From contig JAFYSB010000008.1 in assembly GCA_017546705.1 (NCBI GenBank), positions 4,741 to 68,740 of the forward strand: DNA of 64,000 nucleotides, read 5' to 3'. The position numbers and the translations under genes were made by a program. Below the pieces are notes generated by a model. The model was not told the DNA's origin and made no database searches. It saw only the letters and a list, made by a program, of their open reading frames with translations. This DNA comes from Paludibacteraceae bacterium. Lineage in GTDB: Bacteria > Bacteroidota > Bacteroidia > Bacteroidales > Paludibacteraceae. Of this stretch, positions 46,020 through 52,961 are shown one piece after another (the stretch's first letter is position 1; the number at the start of each line of letters is the position of its first letter).

Positions 46020-46067
46020 TAGTTGACAATTGACAGTTAACAGTTGACAGTTAACGATTGACAATTG
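46020..46067. repeat. CAGTTGA-family heptamer array (~7 units)
   Basis: Sequence tagttgacaattgacagttaacagttgacagttaacgattgacaattg. It accounts for the spurious ORF 45900..46082. Confidence 0.85.
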
Positions 46068-46362
46068 CCCCAATGACCACACCTATTGTGTATAATAATG
46101 TCGCGTATGCGTGCCTATACACGCAATAGCAACATACAAAGATGTTGGTCTGGATAGTCTATATCCCGTAGGACATCTATCGTTGCTAAGTCCTGATAAG
46201 ATTTATAGAAAGTTGCGAAGTTTCTAAGAGTCAGAACAGAGCGCTAATAAACGCCTTTATGTATGTCTTGAAAGCCATGACTGGGGAGTTTGGTCAAACA
46301 AGTTGGCTTTCCGAGAGGAGACATCTCCCTCCCTCTAAACCCCAGCGTTGAGCTTTCGGGCG

Positions 46363-46370
46363 CAAAGGTA
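46363..46370 (-). promoter_or_regulatory. -7 promoter box TACCTTTG, ~520 nt upstream of the operon start codon
   Basis: The plus strand reads gcgCAAAGGTAcaatatttttt. The only good TAnnTTTG match I found upstream of 45841. Confidence 0.5.
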
Positions 46371-46393
46371 CAATATTTTTTGCATAAATGCAA

Positions 46394-46420
46394 GAAAATG
46401 GCGAAAAAATCGCCATTTTC
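46394..46420. terminator. Hairpin terminator downstream of the RAYT-like gene and its REP array
   Basis: GAAAATGGCGA-aaaaa-TCGCCATTTTC. Confidence 0.6.
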
Positions 46421-46421
46421 A

Positions 46422-46465
46422 GTTTAGAGGATGCGCCAGAGGCGCTATAGTTTAGAGGTTAGAGG
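46422..46465. repeat. GTTTAG-hairpin-GTTTAG composite repeat, copy F
   Basis: Sequence gtttagaggatGCGCCagaGGCGCtatagtttagaggttagagg. Confidence 0.8.
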
Positions 46466-46648
46466 CGGAGAATACTCGACTAAAGTCGAGATAATAGAAG
46501 AATATTTAGCAGAGATGTACCCGACTAGAAGTCGGGATAATGGAAGAATCTTTGGCGAGGATATTCCCAACTAGAAGTTGGGGCAATAGAAGAATATTGA
46601 ACGGAGTACCCGACTAGAAGTCGGGACAATGGAAGAATATTGACGAAT
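46466..46648. repeat. REP-like array: four ~45-bp tandem units, each with a hairpin
   Basis: Hairpins CTCGACtaaaGTCGAG, CCCGACtagaaGTCGGG, CCCAACtagaaGTTGGG and CCCGACtagaaGTCGGG, each followed by (a/c)aat(a/g)gaagaat. Stem changes are compensatory. Confidence 0.9.
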
Positions 46649-46652
46649 GGAA

Positions 46653-47789
46653 TTAGGAATGAGAGATGGAGCAAATCTCTTCTGCCATACCATTGAGAGC
46701 AACGCAGTCTTCGCGAGAGATGTGGTGCTTATCTGGGTCATGTTCCCAAGGACTGAGAATCAAGACACGACCTTCGGCGACGGCATCAAATAGCGCATCG
46801 GTGGGTTTGTAATAATCACGGAAACCATTGTCAGAAAGCACAATAAAAGGATGCTTCTCGGCAAGCAAGACAGACATAACCTCTTTCTCTTTAGGCGAAA
46901 TGAAAGGAGAGACCATAACCGTACCTTGGCGAGCAGCAAGAATACAAGCATTCATATAGTCGCGAAGTGGCTGGGTGTCGCCGTGTTGTTCTGCATCTTT
47001 AACCCACATGCTGCGCACATGGACGGGAGCGAAACATTTATTATGTAACAAGCGGATATTACCTACACCACTATATGAGCGCCCTGCAATCTCAATGCCC
47101 TCTTGCACACGGAAGAAACCTGGCATAATGCGCTTAGTAGCAAGGCGTTGGGGATTATTGATAATATACTGAATAGTGGCAGGTAATTGTCTGCGTTGTC
47201 CCATAGGACGGATATGCGGCATCTCTGTAAAAATAGGAAATAAAGCCCTATATTTTTCTTGACCAATGCGAGATGAAAGCGTGTCTGTGGTGGCTTGCAA
47301 AAGGGACAAAAGTTCGTGGTAGTTTTCCCGACTACAAGTCGTCAAACACCCCACCAATCCACGAGATTGGTCGGGGACCCCGCGGGCAATAGAAGAATTA
47401 TCAATGGGCGAATGAGATATAAGGAAGGAATAGGCACGTCCTATTTTCTTAACACCTTGCCAAAAGCCCTGCACTACACTTTTAATGCCGCGAGGCATCT
47501 TCTCACGCACATACCAGACGGCATGGATATGATCGGGCATTAAACAATAATGCAATACTTGTATTTCAGGGATTCGATTGGGGATATCCCATAACGCATT
47601 TACCAACATTCGACCTAAGGCAGTATATTCTACAGTAGCTTCTTTGGGATCATTGCCTGGGATAAGAAGCGTGCCTAAGAGCGGTTCGCGAGAGGGAATG
47701 GTGAGGGTAATATGATACAAGCCGACACCTTTCCATGTTGTGCCAGGCTCTTGCCATTGCCAGTTGTTATCGGAGTGGGAGGGCGTCAT
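46653..47789 (-). CDS. HUH/Y1 transposase-family protein (IS200/RAYT-like) with a C-terminal extension
   Basis: Start moved to MTPSHSDNNW (the -7 box at 47816-47823 lies inside the longer ORF). HUH motif LMPDHIHAVWYV. Downstream TIQYIINNPQRLATKRI matches the RAYT/COG1943 Y-x-x-x-N-P motif. About 140 extra C-terminal residues are of unknown fold. Confidence 0.65.
   Translation of the reverse strand: MTPSHSDNNWQWQEPGTTWKGVGLYHITLTIPSREPLLGTLLIPGNDPKEATVEYTALGRMLVNALWDIPNRIPEIQVLHYCLMPDHIHAVWYVREKMPRGIKSVVQGFWQGVKKIGRAYSFLISHSPIDNSSIARGVPDQSRGLVGCLTTCSRENYHELLSLLQATTDTLSSRIGQEKYRALFPIFTEMPHIRPMGQRRQLPATIQYIINNPQRLATKRIMPGFFRVQEGIEIAGRSYSGVGNIRLLHNKCFAPVHVRSMWVKDAEQHGDTQPLRDYMNACILAARQGTVMVSPFISPKEKEVMSVLLAEKHPFIVLSDNGFRDYYKPTDALFDAVAEGRVLILSPWEHDPDKHHISREDCVALNGMAEEICSISHS
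47322..47407. repeat. Interrupted REP unit inside the RAYT-like CDS
   Basis: cccgactacaagtcg + 43-nt insert + ggcaatagaagaattatcaatgg, translated in frame as ..DNSSIARGVPDQSRGLVGCLTTCSRENY.. Confidence 0.65.
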
Positions 47790-47815
47790 AAAGGGGGAAT
47801 ATTGAAATAATGGTG

Positions 47816-47823
47816 CAAAGGTA
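47816..47823 (-). promoter_or_regulatory. -7 promoter box TACCTTTG for the RAYT-like gene
   Basis: The plus strand reads CAAAGGTA, 27 nt upstream of the ATG at 47789. Confidence 0.55.
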
Positions 47824-47885
47824 GTGAAAATTTGGCAGATGAGCAAATTTTGGATAGGAAAAGTAGATGATTATAAGGGTAATGG

Positions 47886-47937
47886 ATGAGGAATACCCGA
47901 CCAGAAGTCGGGGGCATGGAAGAATGTTCAGCGAGGG
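47886..47937. repeat. REP unit upstream of the RAYT-like gene
   Basis: tacCCGACcagaaGTCGGGggcatggaagaatgttcagcgagg, in the same orientation as the 46466-46648 array. Confidence 0.8.
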
Positions 47938-48036
47938 GAAGAGCAGGGGCTTAAGAGGATTGCGGGATTTTGCCTGATAGGCTGGGGGGAGGGGATAACG
48001 TGCCAATGGGGCAAGAGGCATGTGAAAAGAAAAGCG

Positions 48037-48044
48037 TACTTTTG
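48037..48044 (+). promoter_or_regulatory. -7 promoter box TACTTTTG
   Basis: Matches TAnnTTTG, ~110 nt upstream of the ATG at 48153. Confidence 0.4.
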
Positions 48045-48152
48045 CAGCGCATTCGCAGAGCGAGTTTGAAAGGGTTAAACTGCTGGTGCGAAGCTAATAA
48101 AAAACTTAACCCAAATCGGTTATTGGATTTGGGTTTTAACAACAAACGCTTT

Positions 48153-48473
48153 ATGACAAAAAACTTGGAAAATGTGGTACGCAAGAATGTGCTGCAATTG
48201 ATTAACAAACATGACATCAACAAACAACAAATGGCATTGGAACTGGGAATGGATCCAGGACATCTGAGTCGCGTGATTAGCGGGAAAAGAAGTGTCACGA
48301 TGGAACATGTGGAGAAGTGGGCAGCGTACTTTGAGATTTCAGCCGCAGAACTGATGAGTGAACCGCATGTGAACGTGAAGTGTGGCGATGATCAGGTGAT
48401 ACGTATCGACCTGCATGTGCCGCATTACGATGCGTATATACGGCTGAAAAGAATGATACAAGAGTTGTACTAA
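48153..48473 (+). CDS. XRE-family helix-turn-helix protein
   Basis: Start chosen at MTKNLENV. NKQQMALELGMDPGHLSRVISGKRSVTMEHVEKWAAYFEISAAELM is a classic HTH_3 pattern. Confidence 0.65.
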   Translation: MTKNLENVVRKNVLQLINKHDINKQQMALELGMDPGHLSRVISGKRSVTMEHVEKWAAYFEISAAELMSEPHVNVKCGDDQVIRIDLHVPHYDAYIRLKRMIQELY

Positions 48474-48515
48474 TTATGAATTAAGAATTTTGAATTATGA
48501 AGTCTGAATATGAAG
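48471..48515. repeat. GAATTAT heptamer array spanning a start codon
   Basis: Sequence taattatgaattaagaattttgaattATGaagtctgaatatgaag. The ATG at 48497 is inside a repeat unit. Confidence 0.8.
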
Positions 48516-49549
48516 AGATCTTAGCCCGTAGGATTACTCCCGATACGACGGTGCCCCAACACGATTTTCTTTTCCGTTGGGGCGACCGCCCCTGCTTTGC
48601 TCGTGGGGAACTTGTAGCCCTCACGGGTAAAGCCAAGTCGGGCAAGACATTCGTCTGCTCAATACTGATGGCTCTGGGTGTGCGGAAGCAGATCATGGGG
48701 CTCTCACGTCTGCACGATGAGATGCTGCGCGTGGTGTGGATCGATACCGAGCAGAGCGAAGACTCGACGCACGAGATCCTGTGTCATCGTATCGGTTCGC
48801 TGATTGGGCAGGCGATACCCGATGAGCAATACTATGTGTATAACCTGCGTCGGGACAACTGGCAAGACCGCTTGCATTGGGCGGAGATGTGCATTGTGCA
48901 ACATAAGCCCGACCTGGTGATCTTTGATGGTATTCGCGATGTGGTAGGTGATATCAATAACTACTCCGAAGCACAGACGGTGCTGGATAAGTTGCTATCG
49001 CTTGCTTCATGGTCAGGAGCGTGTATTGTATGCGTGCTGCACCAGAACAAAGCGCTGGAAGACAAGACGTTGCGCGGCGCATTGGGTACGGAGTTGCAGA
49101 ACAAGAGCTACGAGACGTATGAGTGTCAGAAAGACCTGGACACGCGGTTGTTTACGTTGAAGCAGACCGCTACGCGGAAGTATGATATTGGTGCGAAGTT
49201 GGAGTTTACGGTGAGTCATGAGGGATTGCCCATATTGGAGAAGACCCCTCCAGCTCCCCTTCAAGGGGAGAGAACTGTGGGGAATGAGTATGCGCGACAA
49301 ATAAATGCTGCCACTATTGTACCGAAGGTATTTGGTAGTTTGACCAGCATGCGAGCATACGATTTTAAGCAAAAAGCGATGCGTTGTTTTCCAGAAGTGA
49401 ATTGCGAAACCGCCTACAGGGAGTTGCTGCGGCAGGCTTATCAGATGGAGCTGATTGACAAACGCAAGATCAACGACAATGAAACATATTATGACCTGCG
49501 TAGCACAAGCCAGAAGGGGCAAGTAGAGGAGATACCAAGCCTGTTTTGA
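48497..49549 (+). CDS. RecA-fold P-loop ATPase (AAA_25 / RepA-like, mobile-element-type)
   Basis: 350 aa. Walker A LTGKAKSGKTF. Walker B-like LVIFDGIRDV...CIVCVLHQNK. Carries the 30-nt palindromic element in frame (TPPAPLQGER). Confidence 0.6.
   Translation: MKSEYEEILARRITPDTTVPQHDFLFRWGDRPCFARGELVALTGKAKSGKTFVCSILMALGVRKQIMGLSRLHDEMLRVVWIDTEQSEDSTHEILCHRIGSLIGQAIPDEQYYVYNLRRDNWQDRLHWAEMCIVQHKPDLVIFDGIRDVVGDINNYSEAQTVLDKLLSLASWSGACIVCVLHQNKALEDKTLRGALGTELQNKSYETYECQKDLDTRLFTLKQTATRKYDIGAKLEFTVSHEGLPILEKTPPAPLQGERTVGNEYARQINAATIVPKVFGSLTSMRAYDFKQKAMRCFPEVNCETAYRELLRQAYQMELIDKRKINDNETYYDLRSTSQKGQVEEIPSLF
49243..49272. repeat. 30-nt palindromic element GACCCCTCCAGCTCCCCTTCAAGGGGAGAG inside the ATPase CDS
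   Basis: 29/30 identical to 5048-5077. Stem CTCCCCTT/AAGGGGAG. Confidence 0.85.
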
Positions 49550-49552
49550 ACA

Positions 49553-49631
49553 GGAGCCATGAGTCCCCCTTAGTATCATTCCCCCTATACAGGGGAATGT
49601 ATACATACTAAGAGGGTAGTCAAACGGCTCC
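49553..49631 (+). other. Nested three-stem hairpin element directly after the ATPase stop codon
   Basis: GGAGCC...GGCTCC encloses CCCCCTTAGTAT...ATACTAAGAGGG, which encloses CATTCCCC-ctataca-GGGGAATG. Confidence 0.6.
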
Positions 49632-49645
49632 GATCAAGGGGGGGA

Positions 49646-49703
49646 GAATTATGAATTAAAAATTATGAATTATGAATTAAGAATTAAGAATTTTGAATTA
49701 TGA
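49646..49703. repeat. GAATTAT heptamer array (~8 units) spanning a start codon
   Basis: Units gaattat gaattaa aaattat gaattat gaattaa gaattaa gaatttt gaattATGag. It shares the 23-mer gaattaagaattttgaattatga with 48477-48499. Confidence 0.85.
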
Positions 49704-49903
49704 GAGCGAGATTGTATGTTCCATTTGAACAACTAAAGGGCAAAATCGGTGAAGATTATTATGCCCGAGTATTGTACGGGAAACAGGTGATTCAACGATG
49801 TCCGAGACGATATAAGCCTCCTACACCAGCACAACTGGAAGCGAGAAGACGGTTTGCGGAAAAATATGGGAAAGGTAGGGGGAAAGTACTGGATGGTAAT
49901 TGA
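49700..49903 (+). CDS. Small basic hypothetical protein (paralog family)
   Basis: 67 aa. LKGKIGEDYYARVLYGKQVIQR...PPTPAQLEARRRFAEKYG. Confidence 0.45.
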   Translation: MRARLYVPFEQLKGKIGEDYYARVLYGKQVIQRCPRRYKPPTPAQLEARRRFAEKYGKGRGKVLDGN

Positions 49904-49936
49904 GTGGTAACGAAGTGGTATCGACGTGGTAACGAG
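49893..49936. repeat. 11-bp tandem repeat x4 (GTGGTAACGAN)
   Basis: Units atggtaattga gtggtaacgaa gtggtatcgac gtggtaacgag. The core GGTAACGA resembles GGCAACGA of the 23852 array. Confidence 0.8.
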
Positions 49937-49987
49937 AAAGACAGCGGGATAAAAGACCGCTTCGCTGTTAGATAGTCATAACGGTGA

Positions 49988-50206
49988 ATGAGACGAATGG
50001 AGCAAAAATTATTAAATACAAGGAGGATGAAAGCATATAGCAAAATAGAACTGGCACGGGCGGCAGGTGTGAGTGGAGAGACTTTTAGGCGATGGCTGAA
50101 GCGCGATGAAGCCTATCTGAGAGCACATCACGTGACTGCGAAAACGAAGATACTGCCACCAAAAGTGGTGAAGTATTTGTGTGAGAAGTATGATATAGAG
50201 GTATAG
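49988..50206 (+). CDS. DUF4248-like small HTH protein
   Basis: 72 aa (the start may be at the internal MKAYSKIELA). YSKIELARAAGVS..TFRRWLK...LPPKVVKYLCEKYDI matches my recollection of DUF4248. Confidence 0.55.
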   Translation: MRRMEQKLLNTRRMKAYSKIELARAAGVSGETFRRWLKRDEAYLRAHHVTAKTKILPPKVVKYLCEKYDIEV

Positions 50207-50258
50207 GGGGAATGCACGTTATCTATATTGGTGCATATCTCTAAAGCCAGAAAGCCGA

Positions 50259-51707
50259 TTACTCCACAAACTCGTAGCAGCCTGCATCGGGATGGGATTT
50301 GCGGCGGATGCCGAGGCGGTCGGTAGGATAGGAGAGCGCCACGATGCTATCCGCGATGCCGCGGGCAGGCGAGAGGGTGTCGAGTTGGAAATCGTAGTAG
50401 TGGTATTCCTTGTAGAGGTAATAGGTGTTGCGGAAGACGCATGAGTCGGAATCAGAAGCATATACATTGTTGTTGGCATATGCCTCGTGGAGCGAATCCG
50501 CGCGGAGGTAGTTGTGGGAAATGGTACCTTCGTAATACTCAGGCAATGGCGTGGCAATGAGCAGGTTGTTGGCTCTGCCACCAGTGATGATGCAATTGGT
50601 GAAGGAACTGATGGTCTTGGCGGTATTCTTGCTCAAGTTGTTGACATAGACGGCAGCCACGTCCTCTGGGAGGATATTTTGGTGGATGTTGAGATTGGTG
50701 TAAGGATAGCCATAGTAGGCAGCGATGGTGTTGTGGATGAAATCGTGCTTGCCTCCAGCGAGGTAAACGCAATAGGAAGCGCAGTTGCTGATCTCGCAAT
50801 TGACGACCTTGGCATCCATGTTTTGCACCACGAGCCCGTAGATGGAATGGTTGTGTATGCGGCTATTATGGAGATTGAGTTTTGGCAGGAGCAAGCCCGT
50901 AGCTTCGGAATAGGCATACAGTCCGATACTGCCAGAGAGGATATCTACATAATGGAGATTGTGGGTGGGTGGCAGTTGCCCTTTGGTGTGGATGAGGTAG
51001 ATACCATTCCATTGCCCAGATGCCATGCGATAGGGTACGGAGTCGAAGAGCATGTCGGTGCGGTCGCCTCGGAAAATGATGGGACGGTCGGCCGTGCCCT
51101 TGGCATTGAGGCTGCCATAGACATAAATCATTGCTCCAGCGTGCATGTAGATGGTGGCGCCAGCGTTGATAGTGAGGTTACCAGCCACGGCGATGGTGTC
51201 GTAGAGTAGGTAAGGGAGGGTGTCGCTGAGTGAGAGGCTTTGGTAGATCTTCAACCCGTTTTCGCCCTGTATCTTATTGACGTTTTGTCCGTAGGCTTGT
51301 AGGTTGACATGCTGGATGTTGCCATTGACACGGAAAGTGATATTGTCCTCGATGAACACTGGACTATTCTCTGCGAGTGGGTCGATGGATGCGCGCACGA
51401 AGAGAAAGAGACTGTCACCTCCGCGCAGGGTGATGTCGCGCAAGTGGTCTATGTTGTTCTCGCCATCTAAGTTGATGTGGAAATACTTGCCCGTTTGCAG
51501 CAAGACTTGGTCGATTAGGAGTGCATTGGCAGTAGGGTTGTACACCATTACTCGCTTGGTGGACGACCCCATGGAGGTGAAGACGGTGTCGAACAGCACG
51601 GTGTCGTGCGAGAATCGGAGCATGAGGGTAGGGTCGGTGGATAAGATATCCTGCTTACAGGACATGAATCCGACAACAGCGAGCAATATGATAAACCACT
51701 TTTTCAT
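50259..51707 (-). CDS. Lipoprotein with right-handed beta-helix-like repeats
   Basis: 482 aa. Lipobox VGFMSCK. Repeated N-x-I/V-x-G-type turns (NCEISNCASYCVYLAGG, HNSIYGLVV, TNCIITGG). Confidence 0.5.
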   Translation of the reverse strand: MKKWFIILLAVVGFMSCKQDILSTDPTLMLRFSHDTVLFDTVFTSMGSSTKRVMVYNPTANALLIDQVLLQTGKYFHINLDGENNIDHLRDITLRGGDSLFLFVRASIDPLAENSPVFIEDNITFRVNGNIQHVNLQAYGQNVNKIQGENGLKIYQSLSLSDTLPYLLYDTIAVAGNLTINAGATIYMHAGAMIYVYGSLNAKGTADRPIIFRGDRTDMLFDSVPYRMASGQWNGIYLIHTKGQLPPTHNLHYVDILSGSIGLYAYSEATGLLLPKLNLHNSRIHNHSIYGLVVQNMDAKVVNCEISNCASYCVYLAGGKHDFIHNTIAAYYGYPYTNLNIHQNILPEDVAAVYVNNLSKNTAKTISSFTNCIITGGRANNLLIATPLPEYYEGTISHNYLRADSLHEAYANNNVYASDSDSCVFRNTYYLYKEYHYYDFQLDTLSPARGIADSIVALSYPTDRLGIRRKSHPDAGCYEFVE

Positions 51708-52462
51708 TATTCGAAGTTGAAGGCGATGGATAATTCTTGGTGTGTCAATCGACGGATGGCATTGGTGTAGAAATAGTCTTGTGCCGTGAGTTGCCAGCCT
51801 TCATCCTCGGTGCGGGATGTAGGCACATGTGCGTCTAAGAAGCCAATCTTGTATTTGATTTCAGGGCAGAACTTGAACCAGCGGAAGTAGAAGTCGCAAC
51901 CGAATCCAGCGGAGACAAAGGCATCGAATGGTTGGTGCAAGATGACGGCATCTTTCTTGCGGAAGCACTCCACTTGCACGCCGCCACCGACGATCACATA
52001 GGGTCGATAGTTGGCTTCGCGCTCCGCGGACCACTTGAGGTAGAGTGGGATAGAGATCGGTATGGTGAGTACGCCAATCTTGTCGCGCAATGCCTCGGTA
52101 CTACCTTCTACATGGGTGGTGTAGCTCTTGTATTGCAATGTGCGCTCGCCGAAATGCAGTGCGGGTGTGAAGCGCAGGTTCAAATGGCGACTCAAGCGCA
52201 AATCGGCGATGAATCCTGCAGCAAAGCCCGCTCCTACGGCAGAAGATCGTAGGTGATAGACATTGCCGTTGGCCTGAGGCAATTGTAGCTGCGTCAAGCT
52301 ATCGTTTTCCTCTACGAGATAGGACAGCACGTCCAGCTCGAGGAAGAAACCGAAGTGAAGGAGCTTGTCGTCCACGTAGGGGTTGTTTTGGGCATTGGTA
52401 GCGATGCTACCCCATGCCAGAACAATGGTTAATAGGCAATATATGAGCGAGTGATGTTTCAT
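51707..52462 (-). CDS. porT: PorT-family outer-membrane beta-barrel protein (T9SS-associated)
   Basis: Start moved to MKHHSLIYCLLTIVLAWGSIATNAQ (signal peptide), because the longer ORF runs antisense-free into aroQ. The alternating beta-strand pattern, size (~250 aa) and terminal ..ELSIAFNFE fit PorT-like barrels. ATGA overlap with the aroQ stop. Confidence 0.5.
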   Translation of the reverse strand: MKHHSLIYCLLTIVLAWGSIATNAQNNPYVDDKLLHFGFFLELDVLSYLVEENDSLTQLQLPQANGNVYHLRSSAVGAGFAAGFIADLRLSRHLNLRFTPALHFGERTLQYKSYTTHVEGSTEALRDKIGVLTIPISIPLYLKWSAEREANYRPYVIVGGGVQVECFRKKDAVILHQPFDAFVSAGFGCDFYFRWFKFCPEIKYKIGFLDAHVPTSRTEDEGWQLTAQDYFYTNAIRRLTHQELSIAFNFE

Positions 52463-52890
52463 TGGTGTTGATTGATAATCCATTGTACAGCCTCTTGGTA
52501 TCCGTCGGTGCCGTGTCCGATGATGGTGTGTGCACATACGTCGGTGAGTAGGCTCACGCGCCTGAATGCTTCGCGCTGGGTGATGTCTGAGATATGTACT
52601 TCCACCACAGGCAGGCAGCAGCATGCCACCGCGTCGCGCAATGCCACGCTCGTATGCGTATATCCGCCAGCGTTGAGCACGATGCCTTGAAACGCGGGAT
52701 GGTAGCCGATTTCTTGCACGAAATCAATCAAGTCGCCCTCGTGATTGGACTGGCGATACTCGAAGTGCAGATCGGGGTAGGCACGCTGAATATCCAAGAG
52801 CACTTGCTCCATGGATTTGGTGCCGTAGATACTCGGCTCTCGCCTGCCCAGCAGGTTGAGATTAGGACCATTGATAATCGCGATACGCAT
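52459..52890 (-). CDS. aroQ: Type II 3-dehydroquinate dehydratase
   Basis: 143 aa. MRIAIINGPNLNLLGRREPSIYG, SNHEGDLID, NAGGYTHTSVALRDA, EVHISD. Confidence 0.9.
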   Translation of the reverse strand: MRIAIINGPNLNLLGRREPSIYGTKSMEQVLLDIQRAYPDLHFEYRQSNHEGDLIDFVQEIGYHPAFQGIVLNAGGYTHTSVALRDAVACCCLPVVEVHISDITQREAFRRVSLLTDVCAHTIIGHGTDGYQEAVQWIINQHQ

Positions 52891-52961
52891 ACTTTAATAA
52901 TTTCTGTTCATCCCACTGATATTGCTGATAATCACCAATTGATCAGTTGTAGAACTTGTAC

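Larger units (their letters stand above)
46422..47937 (-). mobile_element. REPtron-like unit: RAYT-like HUH transposase gene embedded in its hairpin repeats
   Basis: The gene 46653..47789 has the REP array on its 3' side (46466-46648), one REP unit on its 5' side (47886-47937) and one interrupted unit inside the CDS (47322-47407). Confidence 0.55.

Noticed and set aside
45900-46082. 60-aa ORF (..LSIVNCQLLTVNCQLVYIR..)
   Set aside because: Most of its length is the translation of the CAGTTGA heptamer array. It has no start context or other coding signal.
46083-46362. tmRNA, RNase P RNA, SRP RNA or 6S RNA in the non-coding region upstream of the AT-rich operon
   Set aside because: I found no GGGGCTGA 5' end or tRNA-like 3' end with a tag ORF, no GGAAAGTCCGG-type RNase P core and no SRP domain IV motif. 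It is kept only as an unclassified structured-RNA candidate.
3885-46648. Possible CRISPR arrays among the tandem repeats
   Set aside because: The repeat units are 7-11 nt (or ~45 nt in the REP array) and directly abut each other without unique spacers of CRISPR size. No cas genes are present.
47790-47846. Upstream ATG (47846) for the RAYT-like gene, and similarly 33846, 20865, 18478 and 15639 for their genes
   Set aside because: In each case a TAnnTTTG -7 box lies at or downstream of that ATG, so the transcript probably starts after it. The next in-frame ATG was used instead.
51707-52624. Long version (305 aa) of the PorT-like ORF
   Set aside because: The first 54 codons overlap the aroQ coding region and encode an Arg/His-rich non-signal sequence. 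The internal MKHHSLIY.. start gives a proper signal peptide and an ATGA junction with aroQ.
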